This document shows positions 23,669 to 35,107 of a stretch of DNA of 64,000 nucleotides, piece after piece. The notes under the pieces are model-generated. The model had not been told where the DNA came from. It was given only the letters and a program-made list of their open reading frames with translations, and did not search any database. A program made the position numbers and the translations under genes. Source of the DNA: Endomicrobium sp. GTDB lineage: Bacteria; Elusimicrobiota; Endomicrobiia; Endomicrobiales; Endomicrobiaceae. The first letter of the stretch is position 1; each line of letters begins with the position of its first letter. The stretch is from contig JAISAS010000004.1 in NCBI GenBank assembly GCA_031266535.1, forward strand, positions 66,531 to 130,530. Direction: 5' to 3'.

Positions 23669-24307
23669 TTGATAGATTATTTACGTGGAGTAATTAATTC
23701 AAAATCGTCTAATAATAGTCTAACCATTGAGGTTAATAACATTGGATATGCAATATTGGTTCCATTCTCTACTTTTTCAAAACTTCCAGAGATAGGAAAT
23801 TTAATAAAAATATATGTTGTTGAAACAGCTGTGGGGATGTACAGTGGAATCATTTATTTTTGTGGTTTCTTAACAAAAGAAGAAAGAAATGTATATCTAC
23901 TTATAAAAAATGAAGTTCCTGGTACCGGAGCAAAAAAAGCTATGGAATATACAGATAAAGTTTCTAAATCATTTTTAGATTTTAAAACTGCTATAATCTC
24001 GAAAAATTCATTAGTTTTAAATGGAACATTTGGTTTTACGAAAAAAACAGCTGATAAACTTATTGCAACTTTGAGAGAAAAAATATTAAAAGTAAATATT
24101 GTACACGAAGAAGAAAAAAAATTGTCAAATACAAAAATAAAGAACAACACAATTATGGAAGAAGCTATAGAATGTATCATAGCATTAGGATACAAAGAAC
24201 AACAAGCAATAATTGCTGTAACAAATATCTATAATAAAAATAATAATGATATCACTTTAGAAAATTTAATAAAAAAATCGTTACAATATTTACAACATAG
24301 TGCCTAA
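23669..24307 (+). CDS. ruvA: Holliday junction branch migration protein
   Basis: MIDYLRG, EVNNIGY, HhH repeats, ALGY; lies between ruvC and ruvB. Confidence 0.93.
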   Translation: MIDYLRGVINSKSSNNSLTIEVNNIGYAILVPFSTFSKLPEIGNLIKIYVVETAVGMYSGIIYFCGFLTKEERNVYLLIKNEVPGTGAKKAMEYTDKVSKSFLDFKTAIISKNSLVLNGTFGFTKKTADKLIATLREKILKVNIVHEEEKKLSNTKIKNNTIMEEAIECIIALGYKEQQAIIAVTNIYNKNNNDITLENLIKKSLQYLQHSA

Positions 24308-24351
24308 AAATAATTAACATTAAATTATTAAAAATAAAAAGGTTTAATTAA

Positions 24352-25374
24352 ATGACTGAATTAAAAAGAATTATTGAAGCTTCAAAATTTAATGATGAAA
24401 ATAAAATAGAAAAGTCGTTAAGACCAAAGGACCTTGATGATTTTATAGGACAGGAAAAACTTAAAAATAATCTTAAAATTTTCATAGAAGCTGCAAAAAA
24501 AAGACATGAAACTTTAGATCACTGTTTATTTTATGCTCCACCAGGACTTGGAAAAACAACTCTTTCACATATAATTGCAAAAGAAATGACTGGTAATCTA
24601 AAAATAACCTCAGGACCCGTATTGGAAAAAGTTAAAGATTTAGCAGCGATTCTTACAAATCTCTTAGAAGGAGATATTCTTTTCATAGATGAAATTCATA
24701 GAATAAATTATCTTGTTGAAGAAGCTTTATATCCAGTTATGGAAGACTTTGAACTTGATATTATAATAGGACAGGGACCATCTGCAAAAACAATTAAGTT
24801 ACCTATACCTAATTTTACGTTAATAGGAGCAACAACAAAAGCTGGACTTTTGTCAAGTCCTTTAAGAGATAGGTTCGGAATTATAGAACATTTAGATTTT
24901 TATAAAATTAAAGATCTTATGCATATAATCAATCGTTCTGCTATGATAATGAATATTGAAATTGACGAAGATGCTACGAAAGAAATTGCAAAACGTTCAA
25001 GAGGAACTCCTAGAATAGTAAATAGACTTTTAAAAAGAGTTAGAGATTTTGCTGAAGTAAAAAGCAAAAAAATTACATATACTACAGCAAAAGATGCACT
25101 CGACGCATTGGAAGTTGATAGTGCTGGATTAGATAAAATTGACAGATTGATTATTACAGTATTAATTAAAAAATTTGGTGGTGGACCTGTAGGAGTTGAA
25201 ACTATTGCAATAGCCATATCAGAAGAACAAGATACCATAACAGAAGTTTATGAACCATATCTTATACAATCAGGATTTATTGCAAGAACACCAAGAGGTA
25301 GAATAGTTACTGAAGCTGGATATAATCACATTGGTATCCAACCTCCAAAAAATTTTCAAGATAAATTATTATAA
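24352..25374 (+). CDS. ruvB: Holliday junction helicase
   Basis: [30 protein letters not shown]. Confidence 0.98.
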   Translation: MTELKRIIEASKFNDENKIEKSLRPKDLDDFIGQEKLKNNLKIFIEAAKKRHETLDHCLFYAPPGLGKTTLSHIIAKEMTGNLKITSGPVLEKVKDLAAILTNLLEGDILFIDEIHRINYLVEEALYPVMEDFELDIIIGQGPSAKTIKLPIPNFTLIGATTKAGLLSSPLRDRFGIIEHLDFYKIKDLMHIINRSAMIMNIEIDEDATKEIAKRSRGTPRIVNRLLKRVRDFAEVKSKKITYTTAKDALDALEVDSAGLDKIDRLIITVLIKKFGGGPVGVETIAIAISEEQDTITEVYEPYLIQSGFIARTPRGRIVTEAGYNHIGIQPPKNFQDKLL

Positions 25375-25487
25375 ATTTTATATTAAAACATTTACGGAAA
25401 TTAAGTTATGAACTTTATTTTGCTATATAAATAATCAAATTAGTTTCTTATTTTAATAAAGTAGGTAAAAATTAATAAGGTAGGTAA

Positions 25488-26654
25488 ATGAAAAATAAAA
25501 TTTTTTCAGTATCAGTAATTATTATAATTACTTTATTTATGTGTAATAACACTTATTCCTTTAATTTTGTTGAGAAAAATATAAATATAGGTATAATAAT
25601 TAATACTTCTTCTTTTATGGTAGAATGTTCAAAAAATTTTTTTATTACTGATGTATTAAATAAAAAACTAAGCTTTGATCAAGGGACAATAAGAATTTTT
25701 TGTGTTGAAAAAAATACTTATGTAAATGAACATATTTTAACACTACCTATAAAAATAGAATCTTTAGATGAAATTATTTTTATAGAATCCAAACCCTATA
25801 GAGGGTATTTTATAGTAAAAGAATCAAACGATAGTAAGCTAAATGTTATTAATGTATTGAGCATTGAAGATTATATAAAGGGTGTTTTACCTAAAGAAAT
25901 AGGTAGTGATTGGGAATTAGAAGCATTAAAAGCTCAAGCTGTAATAAGTAGAACTTATGCAATTTCAAATTTAAATAAACACTTATCTCAAGGATTCGAT
26001 TTATGTTCCACAACCCACTGTCAAGTTTATGGTGGAGCCGGTGTTGAAACTGATACTTGCAATAAAGCACTTCTATTAACACAACATGAATTTTTAACTT
26101 ATAATAGAAAATTTGCGAATACAGTTTTTCACGCAAATTGCGGAGGTCATACAGAAAATCCAAAATATATATGGAATTGGAAAATTGTACCACCATATCT
26201 AAAAGGAGTAAAATGCTACTATTGTAAAAATGCTCCATATACAAACTGGGAAAAAACTTTAGATGAAAGTTTTATAAGAAAAAAACTTTTAAATAACAAT
26301 AACATAGGAAAAATTAAGAATATTAAAATTATAGATAAAACAAATATTGGTACTGCAAAGAAAATAGAAATATTACATTCTAATGGAAAGCTTATATTAA
26401 ACGCATACAAATTTCGCCTTATTGTAGATGCGTGGCAAATAAAAAGTCATTCCTTTTACTCTATAAAAAACTACAATAACAAATTTAATTTTAAAGGTAA
26501 GGGCTGGGGACATAAAGTCGGTTTATGCCAATGGGGTGCTAAATTTATGGCTGAAAAAGGTAAAAACTATAGAGATATTTTATACTATTTTTATCCAGGA
26601 ACAAAAATTAGTAAAATAATCTATGATGATCAAATAAAGGAGGATAAAAAATGA
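25488..26654 (+). CDS. SpoIID/LytB domain protein (exported lytic transglycosylase-like)
   Basis: Signal peptide; EDYIKGVLPKE, EALKAQAVISRTYA, CQVYGG, GWGHKVGLCQWGA, ILYYFYPG. Confidence 0.92.
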   Translation: MKNKIFSVSVIIIITLFMCNNTYSFNFVEKNINIGIIINTSSFMVECSKNFFITDVLNKKLSFDQGTIRIFCVEKNTYVNEHILTLPIKIESLDEIIFIESKPYRGYFIVKESNDSKLNVINVLSIEDYIKGVLPKEIGSDWELEALKAQAVISRTYAISNLNKHLSQGFDLCSTTHCQVYGGAGVETDTCNKALLLTQHEFLTYNRKFANTVFHANCGGHTENPKYIWNWKIVPPYLKGVKCYYCKNAPYTNWEKTLDESFIRKKLLNNNNIGKIKNIKIIDKTNIGTAKKIEILHSNGKLILNAYKFRLIVDAWQIKSHSFYSIKNYNNKFNFKGKGWGHKVGLCQWGAKFMAEKGKNYRDILYYFYPGTKISKIIYDDQIKEDKK

Positions 26655-27670
26655 AGGACTATAAAGTGGCTGTAGTAGGTGCAACTGGCGCCGTAGGACT
26701 TGAGATGATCAAAATGCTTGAAAATAGAAATTTTCCAATAAAAAACATAAAATTTTTTGCCTCAAAACATTCAATAAACAAAAAATTAAAATTTTATGGA
26801 GAAGAAATCCCAGTTGAATTACTTACAAAAAATAGTAGTAAAAACATCGATATTGCACTCTTTAGTGCAGGTACAACAATTTCAAAAGAATTTGCACCAC
26901 ATTTCATAAATAATGGCTGTTTTGTTATAGACAATTCAAGCGCTTGGAGAATGAATAAAAATGTGCCATTGATTGTTCCAGAGGTAAATTCTCAAGCTTT
27001 AGAAAAAAATAAAAGACTTATTGCAAATCCTAATTGTTCAACAATACAAATGGTCATTACTTTAAAACCTTTATATAATTTCACAAAAATAAAAAGAATT
27101 ATTGTCTCAACATATCAATCAGTTTCAGGCGCAGGACAGAAAGGTATAAACGAGCTCATTAGTCAAACAAAAGCATGGGCTAATGAATATAAAATTCCTT
27201 CTGCAAATAAATTTCAATATCAAATAGCTTTTAATCTTATACCACAAATAGATATTTTTACAGAAAATGGATATACAGCAGAAGAAATGAAAATGGTTAA
27301 TGAAACAAAAAAGATCATGGATGATGAGTTTATAAAGATTAGCGCAACATGCGTAAGAGTTCCAGTATTTCGATCACATTCAGAAAACATATGGATTGAA
27401 ACAGAGAAACCACTTTCTCAAGCTAAAGCAAAAGAATTATTTTTAAAAGCTGATGGTATACAACTTTTAGATGAACCTGAAAAAAATAAGTACCCTATGC
27501 CTTTGTTTGCAGAAAATAATCAAATAACCTTCGTTGGAAGAATTCGCCCTGATATTTCAACAGATAATTATGCATTAACTTTTTGGGTTGTATCAGATAA
27601 TTTATTAAAAGGAGCTGCATTAAATGCTGTTCAAATTGCAGAAACTCTTGTAAAAAATAATTTTCTTTAA
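26651..27670 (+). CDS. asd: Aspartate-semialdehyde dehydrogenase
   Basis: VVGATGAVG, IDNSSAWR, ANPNCST, CVRVPV, DNLLKGAALN. Confidence 0.97.
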   Translation: MKDYKVAVVGATGAVGLEMIKMLENRNFPIKNIKFFASKHSINKKLKFYGEEIPVELLTKNSSKNIDIALFSAGTTISKEFAPHFINNGCFVIDNSSAWRMNKNVPLIVPEVNSQALEKNKRLIANPNCSTIQMVITLKPLYNFTKIKRIIVSTYQSVSGAGQKGINELISQTKAWANEYKIPSANKFQYQIAFNLIPQIDIFTENGYTAEEMKMVNETKKIMDDEFIKISATCVRVPVFRSHSENIWIETEKPLSQAKAKELFLKADGIQLLDEPEKNKYPMPLFAENNQITFVGRIRPDISTDNYALTFWVVSDNLLKGAALNAVQIAETLVKNNFL

Positions 27671-27858
27671 ATTTCTTTTATCAAAATAATCTATTTATTT
27701 GTTTTATAATTTTAAATATTATTTGTATATTTTTAGTTTAACAAAAACTATTAAAGTAAAATATAAATATAGATAATTTTATTCATATTTATGAAAGTAA
27801 ATTTATTTAAATCTATCAAATTACTTTATTGTTTATATTTCAACGATAATTATATTGT

Positions 27859-27886
27859 ACTTAACATAATATATATTATCGGACAT
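27859..27886 (-). other. Chromosomal dif site (XerC/XerD recombination site; replication terminus)
   Basis: Minus strand reads ATGTCCGATAA-TATATA-TTATGTTAAGT, the 11-6-11 layout; right arm differs by one base from E. coli TTATGTTAAAT; intergenic between convergent genes where strand bias flips. Confidence 0.85.
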
Positions 27887-27913
27887 TATTATAAATAGCA
27901 AATTCTATATCAT

Positions 27914-29392
27914 CTAAAAGAATTTTTTTATAGTAGCAGCAATTCTTTTTACAATTTTATCTTTTCCAAGAAGTTCCATCATATGAAACAAACTTGGCCC
28001 ATGGGTTCTACCAGAAACTGCAACTCTGATTGGATGGAATACGTCTCCAGTTTTAATATTTTTTTCCTTAGCTAAATTTCTTGCATATTCTTCTAACGCT
28101 AAAGCAGAAAAATCATATTGATATTTTGTAAATCTCATAATAGCTTCATTTAGAACTAATTCAGCTATGTCTCTCGATTTACTAGAAAGTAAAATTTTAC
28201 TTACTGCTTCCTCATGATATTCTATATTCTCTATAAAAAAAAAGTTTACAAGAAATGGTATATCTTTTAATAATTTTATTTTTTCTTGTTCTAAAAATAT
28301 AGCTTTTTGCAATAGTTTTATATCCCATCCTTCTATTAATTTTTCATTATTCGTATATCTCACCCAATCAATAAACAATCTTAATAATTGTTCCGAATTT
28401 TTTGATCGAATTTTTTCACCATTAATCCATAAAAGTTTTTCTATGTCAAAAATTGCTGGACTTGCACCACATCTTTTTATAGAAAAACTTCTTTTCAAGT
28501 CTTCTATATTAAAAATTTGTCTACCATCTTCTGTAGACCAACCTAACAATGCAAGATAGTTTACTAATGCTTCTTGCAGATATCCTTCGTTTCTATATTC
28601 CAAAACTGATATATGACCATGCCTTTTTGAAAGCCTTGTTCCATCAGAACCTAAAATCATAGACATATGCGCAAACTCTGGAATTTGCCAACCTAAAGCA
28701 TTGTAAATGTGTATTTGTTTTGGAGTATTTGAAATATGATCATCACCTCTTAAAACATGAGTTATTTCCATAAGATAATCATCTACAGTACATGCAAAAT
28801 TATAAGTAGGTACACCATTTGCTTTCATTATTATAAAATCATCAAATAAAGAATTATCAAACTCAACTCTTCCTCTTATCAAATCAATAAAAACAGTAGT
28901 TCCACAGTTTGGCATTTTAAATCTTAAAACTGCTTTTTTTCCTTTATTTTTTTCTTGTTTTTTATCTTCTAATGTGAGATACCTACACTTCTTATCATAT
29001 TTAGATGGAAGTTTATTAGCTTGAGATTTTTTTCTAACTTTATCAATTTCTTGACAAGTACAATAACACGGATATGCAAATCCCTTTGAAACAAGCTCAT
29101 TAGCATATTTCTGATATATACCCTGTTCTTTACGTTTCATTTGATAATAAGGAGAATACTTACTTTCTATACCTGGTCCCTCATCCTGATCAAACTTTAA
29201 CCACTTCATAGCATCTAAAATAATTTGCACAGATTTACTGCTAGAACGAATTTCATCTGTATCTTCGATTCTTAAAATGAACTTTCCATTCTGATTTCTT
29301 GCAAATAACCAATTAAATAAAGCTGTATGCACCCCTCCAATATGTAAATCACCTGTAGGTGATGGTGCAAATCTTACCCTTACTTCTTTCAT
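27914..29392 (-). CDS. gltX: Glutamate--tRNA ligase
   Basis: [32 protein letters not shown]. Confidence 0.97.
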   Translation of the reverse strand: MKEVRVRFAPSPTGDLHIGGVHTALFNWLFARNQNGKFILRIEDTDEIRSSSKSVQIILDAMKWLKFDQDEGPGIESKYSPYYQMKRKEQGIYQKYANELVSKGFAYPCYCTCQEIDKVRKKSQANKLPSKYDKKCRYLTLEDKKQEKNKGKKAVLRFKMPNCGTTVFIDLIRGRVEFDNSLFDDFIIMKANGVPTYNFACTVDDYLMEITHVLRGDDHISNTPKQIHIYNALGWQIPEFAHMSMILGSDGTRLSKRHGHISVLEYRNEGYLQEALVNYLALLGWSTEDGRQIFNIEDLKRSFSIKRCGASPAIFDIEKLLWINGEKIRSKNSEQLLRLFIDWVRYTNNEKLIEGWDIKLLQKAIFLEQEKIKLLKDIPFLVNFFFIENIEYHEEAVSKILLSSKSRDIAELVLNEAIMRFTKYQYDFSALALEEYARNLAKEKNIKTGDVFHPIRVAVSGRTHGPSLFHMMELLGKDKIVKRIAATIKKFF

Positions 29393-29666
29393 TTGTTTTT
29401 TTCCTCTTTACTAATTCTAAAATTAAAATAACATTCTTGAAAAATAAAAAGAGCAAAACCTAATTAAAAATATTCAATTTTTTTATTGTATAATATATAA
29501 AATATAAAGTATGATAACATAATGATATTTTACAACATTTTGTATTATCTTAACAAGAATCGTAAAACAAAAATGAAATAAGTATAATAGAAAGAGAGAT
29601 ACTAGTTAGGTTGAAAAAGATAAAATACAGATATAATATAAAATAATTTATATGGACATATAAAAA

Positions 29667-31640
29667 ATGTTTAATTTTGAAAGATATTTTAATTGCTTAC
29701 TTAAAATAATATCACTAAATGTTTCAGCATTTATCGCAATGATTGCTTATAGAATTTTTTTCTTTTTTTATTTTATAGATGCTACTACATTAAAAAATTT
29801 TAAAAGTTATATTATTAAAGCATTTTTTTTAGGAGCAAGATTTGATTTTTCAGTACTTGCATATATAAATGCACCAATTATAATTATTTTTACCATTTTT
29901 TTATTTATAAAAAATATAAAAACATTTAAAGTGTCAATATTTTTTATCAAGATTTATTATTGGATCACTTTTACTTTTATTTCATTAATTAATATAATAG
30001 ATTTCGGATTTTACATATATTTTAATAAACATATAAATATTCTCTTATTTGATTTTTTTAAAGACGATGTTTACAATTTAATAAAAACAATAATTCAAGA
30101 CTGGCGTTTCCCATTAGCTTTGCTTACTCTAATAACTTTAAGTTATACTATATACAGATTTGTTTCATCAACCACAAAAAAATTAACAATTAGCTATTTC
30201 ATAAACACTTTTTCATTTAATATCTTTCTCAAAATATTCATAGTTATATTTATCCCTTTTACAATATTTATATTTGCACGCGGAACACTATCAATGTTCC
30301 CGTTAGGAAAATTTTACACTGAAATATCAGCAAACTCTTTCATTAATGATGTTTCTATAACAAGTATTCATTCACTTATGGATGCTATTCATATGAAAAT
30401 AGAACAGAGCAATGATAGAATCAATATTATAAAAAAACTTAAAATTAATAAGTCTGATATTAATCTTTCAATGTTTAATAAAATATCAATTAAAAATCCA
30501 ATAGCTGAAAAAATCAAACCTAATGTTGTATTAATTATTTTAGAAGGATTTGGTGAACTTCCTATTTTACACAACAGTAAAGACTTTAACGTACTTGGAG
30601 AATTAAAACAACATTTCGACGAAGATACTGTATTTTATAATTTTTTAGCTGCAGGAATAATAACTGTACATTGCTTAGAATCTACTGTATTAAATATGCC
30701 ACAACGACCTTTTTCTATTCAAATCACACAAACATCAAAGGCTTTTAATAACTTTTCAAGTTCTATAGTAGTACCTTATAAAAATTCAGGGTATTTAACA
30801 AAAGCAATATACGCTGGAAGTCTCACATGGCGCGGTATAGAAGAATTTCTAAAAGCACAAGGTTTTGATGAAATTTATGGTGAAGGATCAATAAAGAATA
30901 GATATAGACATGAATGGGGCATAAATGATGCACAGTTTTTTGAACTTATTTTAAGAGAACTTAATAATAATCGTGGAATTCCAAAATTTATTTACGCAAT
31001 GTCAACAGCTACACATCCTCCTTATAAAACACCTCCATATTATAAGCCTCTAAAACTCAAAATTCCAAAAGAAATTTTGCAAATGATGCCTAATGAAAAA
31101 AAATATAATCAAAAAATTTTTGAAAGCTATCAATTTGCGAACAGAGAAGCTGCAAAATTTTTAAAAATAGTAAAAAATTCAAAGCTTGCAAAAAATACAA
31201 TTATCGTAATAACAGGCGATCATAACCTAAGAGAATTTAATGCATCAACTCCAGAAAATATATTCAAAAGATATGCTGTACCAATGTATATATATATGCC
31301 TAAAAATTTAAAAAGAAAAATTAATACAAAATTTGCAGCAAGTCACATTGATATAATGCCAACTTTATATGATCTATCTCTTTCAAAACAAAAATATATA
31401 GCAGCAGGTATAAGTTTGTTAAATACTACAAAAAAACATATAGCATTTAATAGTGAGGGTTTTATTTTGTCAGATAAGAAAGCTGTTTTATATAATATAG
31501 AAACTGGTAAAATATTGTATTTTGATTATAATACAAAGACTAAAGCTCTTTATGAAACACATGAAACTCGAGAACATAGATTGATGACTATATATTATAA
31601 GACTGTTCTTGCATTATCTGATATGTATTTGAAAAAATAA
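29667..31640 (+). CDS. LTA synthase family / sulfatase-like membrane phosphotransferase
   Basis: Five N-terminal TMs with G-RFD; PNVVLIILEGFG, GFD, WGINDA, THPPY, ITGDH, SHIDIMPTL. Confidence 0.85.
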   Translation: MFNFERYFNCLLKIISLNVSAFIAMIAYRIFFFFYFIDATTLKNFKSYIIKAFFLGARFDFSVLAYINAPIIIIFTIFLFIKNIKTFKVSIFFIKIYYWITFTFISLINIIDFGFYIYFNKHINILLFDFFKDDVYNLIKTIIQDWRFPLALLTLITLSYTIYRFVSSTTKKLTISYFINTFSFNIFLKIFIVIFIPFTIFIFARGTLSMFPLGKFYTEISANSFINDVSITSIHSLMDAIHMKIEQSNDRINIIKKLKINKSDINLSMFNKISIKNPIAEKIKPNVVLIILEGFGELPILHNSKDFNVLGELKQHFDEDTVFYNFLAAGIITVHCLESTVLNMPQRPFSIQITQTSKAFNNFSSSIVVPYKNSGYLTKAIYAGSLTWRGIEEFLKAQGFDEIYGEGSIKNRYRHEWGINDAQFFELILRELNNNRGIPKFIYAMSTATHPPYKTPPYYKPLKLKIPKEILQMMPNEKKYNQKIFESYQFANREAAKFLKIVKNSKLAKNTIIVITGDHNLREFNASTPENIFKRYAVPMYIYMPKNLKRKINTKFAASHIDIMPTLYDLSLSKQKYIAAGISLLNTTKKHIAFNSEGFILSDKKAVLYNIETGKILYFDYNTKTKALYETHETREHRLMTIYYKTVLALSDMYLKK

Positions 31641-31689
31641 ATAGAATGAAAAAAATTAACGTCTTGTTTATTATTAAGGTTCGGCCACT

Positions 31690-32652
31690 ATGACAGTTCA
31701 TGATTTTATTAATTTAAATTCTAAAAAAACTATATGGCTTATGGTTTTATTTTCTGTAAGCCTAATGATAATGACTTACATTGCAATTCTATTAACAAGT
31801 ATGATTATAATACATGACAGTAATCAATCATATTCTTCAATTGCGAACAAAACAGCTATAGAAATTCTTCCATTTGCACTAATCATATCAATTTTATGGA
31901 TTTTTATAAATTACTTTATAGGACAAAAATTTATCTTATCAACTACTAAATCATTTGAACTTACAGCTAAAAATGCCCCTGAAATAATGCATATTGTTAA
32001 AAATGTAGCTGTAGCAGCTGGGCTTTCAATGCCAAAAGTTTACGTAATAAATGACAGTGCATTAAATGCTTTTGCTACCGGAAGAAATCCAAAACACTCT
32101 TGTATAGCCTTAACAAAAGGAATTATTGACAAACTTGATAGAAAAGAACTTGAAGGTGTAATAGCACACGAAATAGCACATATAAAAAATAAAGACACAA
32201 AACTCATGCTTATAACAATCACATGCATAGGCTTTGCAACCATTATATCAGAACTATTACTACATCGTACTTTAACATTTAGGACAAAAAATTCCAAAAA
32301 TAACTCAATACAATTATTGTTATTTTCTTTTGCAATTATCTTTTACATATACGGATACTTATTGGCTCCTCTTATTAAACTTGCGTTATCGCGTACAAGA
32401 GAATTTCAAGCTGATGCAACTGCTGCTATAATAACGCAAAACCCTCAAGGACTTATAAATGCTCTGAAAAAAATTTCAAGTAATCCTATGGTTAAACAGT
32501 TAAATAATAGAAAAATCATCTCAATGATATGCATTGCAAATCCATTACTTAAAAAAAATCAAAATTCTCTCTTCTTAAAAATCTCCGGACTTTTTGCTAC
32601 ACACCCAACCATCACAGATAGGATAATAGCATTAGAAGCTATGAAAAACTAA
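31690..32652 (+). CDS. htpX: M48 zinc metalloprotease HtpX
   Basis: NAFATGR, ELEGVIAHEIAH (HExxH), SRTREFQAD, FATHP. Confidence 0.93.
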   Translation: MTVHDFINLNSKKTIWLMVLFSVSLMIMTYIAILLTSMIIIHDSNQSYSSIANKTAIEILPFALIISILWIFINYFIGQKFILSTTKSFELTAKNAPEIMHIVKNVAVAAGLSMPKVYVINDSALNAFATGRNPKHSCIALTKGIIDKLDRKELEGVIAHEIAHIKNKDTKLMLITITCIGFATIISELLLHRTLTFRTKNSKNNSIQLLLFSFAIIFYIYGYLLAPLIKLALSRTREFQADATAAIITQNPQGLINALKKISSNPMVKQLNNRKIISMICIANPLLKKNQNSLFLKISGLFATHPTITDRIIALEAMKN

Positions 32653-32766
32653 CAAATACACGAAGTTTTATATCTTTTTTTTTGATATTTTCTAAAAATT
32701 CCTAAATTCTTTTTCTTATTTTGTCTGTTTTGATAACAATGCACAACAAATAATAAAATTTATATA

Positions 32767-34542
32767 CTAAATTCCAAATTTAATTTTAAGTTCTATAAGA
32801 CGATTTTTTAAATCTTGAGGAATTTTATTCTCAAATTTTGCATAAAATTCATCTATCATCTTTATTTCCTGTATCCATTCATCTTTATCAACTTTTAACA
32901 ATTTTGCCATTATATCATTTGTTATATTTAATCCTTTTAAATCTATAGAATTATCCTGTGGAAGTAAACCTATCTCAGACTCCTTAGTACCTGTTTTATT
33001 TTCAATTCTTTCTATCATCCATTTTATAATTCTAGAATTGTCTCTAAACCCTGGCCACATAAATTTTCCATTTTCATCTTTCCTGAACCAGTTAACCATA
33101 AATATTTTAGGGAATCTTTTTATTTTTTTTCCTATATTAATCCAATGTTGAAAATATTCTCCCATATTATAACCACAAAAAGGCAACATAGCCATTGGAT
33201 CACGCCTTACACTACCTATCTGTCCACTCGCTGCGGCCGTAGTCTCTGATCCTATGATTGATGCAGCAAATACACCACTATTCCAATCTTTCGCTTCATA
33301 AACAAGCGGAATTGTATCTTTTCTACGTCCTCCAAAAATTATCCCTGAAATAGGAACCCCATTAGGATTATTATATTCTTTAGAAAGTGTTGGGCAATTA
33401 TAAATCGAAACTGTAAACCTCGAGTTCGGATGAGCCGCAGATTCTCCCGAATGTTTATTATATTTTTGTCCACACCAATTAATTAAATCTGATGGAATCT
33501 CATCAGAAACACCTTCCCACCAAGGAGTATTATCAGCATTATTAATAGCCGTATTTGTAAATAACGTTGGACAAAATTTATTATTTTTAAGCGTTTTCAT
33601 CATTATGGGATTCGTTTTTACTCCAGTTCCTGGAGCAACTCCAAAAAATCCAGTTTCAGGATTAATCGCATAAAGCCGTCCATCTTTACCTATATTTATC
33701 CAAGCAATATCATCTCCTAAAGTCCAAATTTTATATCCTTTAAGTGCAGATTCTAAAAGAGCAAGATTTGTCTTACCACATGCTGAAGGAAAAGCACCGA
33801 GAAAATACGTTACTTTTCCATTATTGGATTGTTGCTGCACACCAATAATAATCATATGTTCAGCAAGCCAGCCTTCCTTATACCCTAGATAAGAAGCAAT
33901 TCTCAAGGCATAACATTTTTTACCAAGCAAAGCATTTCCACCATAACCTGAACCAAGACTCATGACAAGATTCTCATGAGGGAAATGCATAATAAATCTT
34001 TTGTCAGGATTCAGATCACCAATTGAGTGAATACCTCTAAAAAAATCAGAAGAATTCCCTATTCTCTTAATAGCTTGACTACCAACTCTAGTCATAATTT
34101 TCATACTTAACGCAACATAAATCGAATCTGTTACTTGTACACAGTTTTTTGCATATTTTGATTCAGGATCTCCCATAATAAAAGGTATTACGTACATAAC
34201 TCTTCCTTTCATTCCATTTTTAAAGAGCTTTCTCATTTTTACTTTTGCTTCTTCAGGATTCATCCAATTATTATTTGGACCAGATTGCTCTCTTGATGAA
34301 GTACACACAAAAGTTAAATGTTCTGTACGCGCGACATCATTTGGATTAGAGCGATGATAATATGAATTAGGATATTCATCATTATTTAGTTTTATTAAAA
34401 CTTCTTTACCATCAATTTTTGATTTTCTAGCAACATCTATTAATTTATCTGTTTCCTCCTGTGACCCATTCATAACATACACTTCATCAGGTTGAAAGAG
34501 CTCCTGCATATTTCTTATAAACATTTCCATTGGTATCAACAT
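32767..34542 (-). CDS. pckG: Phosphoenolpyruvate carboxykinase (GTP)
   Basis: GSGYGGNALLGKKC, WLAEHM, AFPSACGKTN, GDDIAW, AHPNSRF, VNWFRK. Confidence 0.97.
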   Translation of the reverse strand: MLIPMEMFIRNMQELFQPDEVYVMNGSQEETDKLIDVARKSKIDGKEVLIKLNNDEYPNSYYHRSNPNDVARTEHLTFVCTSSREQSGPNNNWMNPEEAKVKMRKLFKNGMKGRVMYVIPFIMGDPESKYAKNCVQVTDSIYVALSMKIMTRVGSQAIKRIGNSSDFFRGIHSIGDLNPDKRFIMHFPHENLVMSLGSGYGGNALLGKKCYALRIASYLGYKEGWLAEHMIIIGVQQQSNNGKVTYFLGAFPSACGKTNLALLESALKGYKIWTLGDDIAWINIGKDGRLYAINPETGFFGVAPGTGVKTNPIMMKTLKNNKFCPTLFTNTAINNADNTPWWEGVSDEIPSDLINWCGQKYNKHSGESAAHPNSRFTVSIYNCPTLSKEYNNPNGVPISGIIFGGRRKDTIPLVYEAKDWNSGVFAASIIGSETTAAASGQIGSVRRDPMAMLPFCGYNMGEYFQHWINIGKKIKRFPKIFMVNWFRKDENGKFMWPGFRDNSRIIKWMIERIENKTGTKESEIGLLPQDNSIDLKGLNITNDIMAKLLKVDKDEWIQEIKMIDEFYAKFENKIPQDLKNRLIELKIKFGI

Positions 34543-34594
34543 TTTAATGTAACCTCTTCGGGATAGTAAAAAATTTTATAACTTAATCAAAAAT

Positions 34595-35107
34595 TTATGC
34601 CCAAATTATTTTCTTTTCCTTATCAACTATAATTGTTTTAGTGGCATATATATTTTTAATAATTTCTTCAGGTTTAAACCACAATTTAATTTCTCTCATG
34701 GCTTCAGATACATTAGAAGAACAATGTACAACATTTTCATATAAACCTTTTGTTGTTATTCTACCATATGACCCTCTAATTGACACTGACTCTGCTTCTT
34801 CAGGATTTGTTGCTCCAACAATTCTTCTCATTTTTGATATAGCATCATCACCTTGATATACAAATGCCAATACCATGTTCCAAGAATCTCCGTATACCTT
34901 TCCCTGAATATAATCTACGAGTTCATTAAAAAAAGGCTTATCTCTAAGGTGATAATAATGTGCTTGTGCAAGTTTTTCCGATACTTTAACTACTTTTGAA
35001 CCTATAATAATCATATTAGATTCTGAAAGTTTAGTTAAAATATTCCCTGTTAAAAATTTTTTGACTCCGTCAGGTTTAACTAAAATTAAAAGTTCTTCAA
35101 TCTTCAT
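34595..35107 (-). CDS. ndk: Nucleoside-diphosphate kinase
   Basis: LVKPDGV, HY, GATNP, SIRG, NVVHCS. Confidence 0.93.
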   Translation of the reverse strand: MKIEELLILVKPDGVKKFLTGNILTKLSESNMIIIGSKVVKVSEKLAQAHYYHLRDKPFFNELVDYIQGKVYGDSWNMVLAFVYQGDDAISKMRRIVGATNPEEAESVSIRGSYGRITTKGLYENVVHCSSNVSEAMREIKLWFKPEEIIKNIYATKTIIVDKEKKIIWA

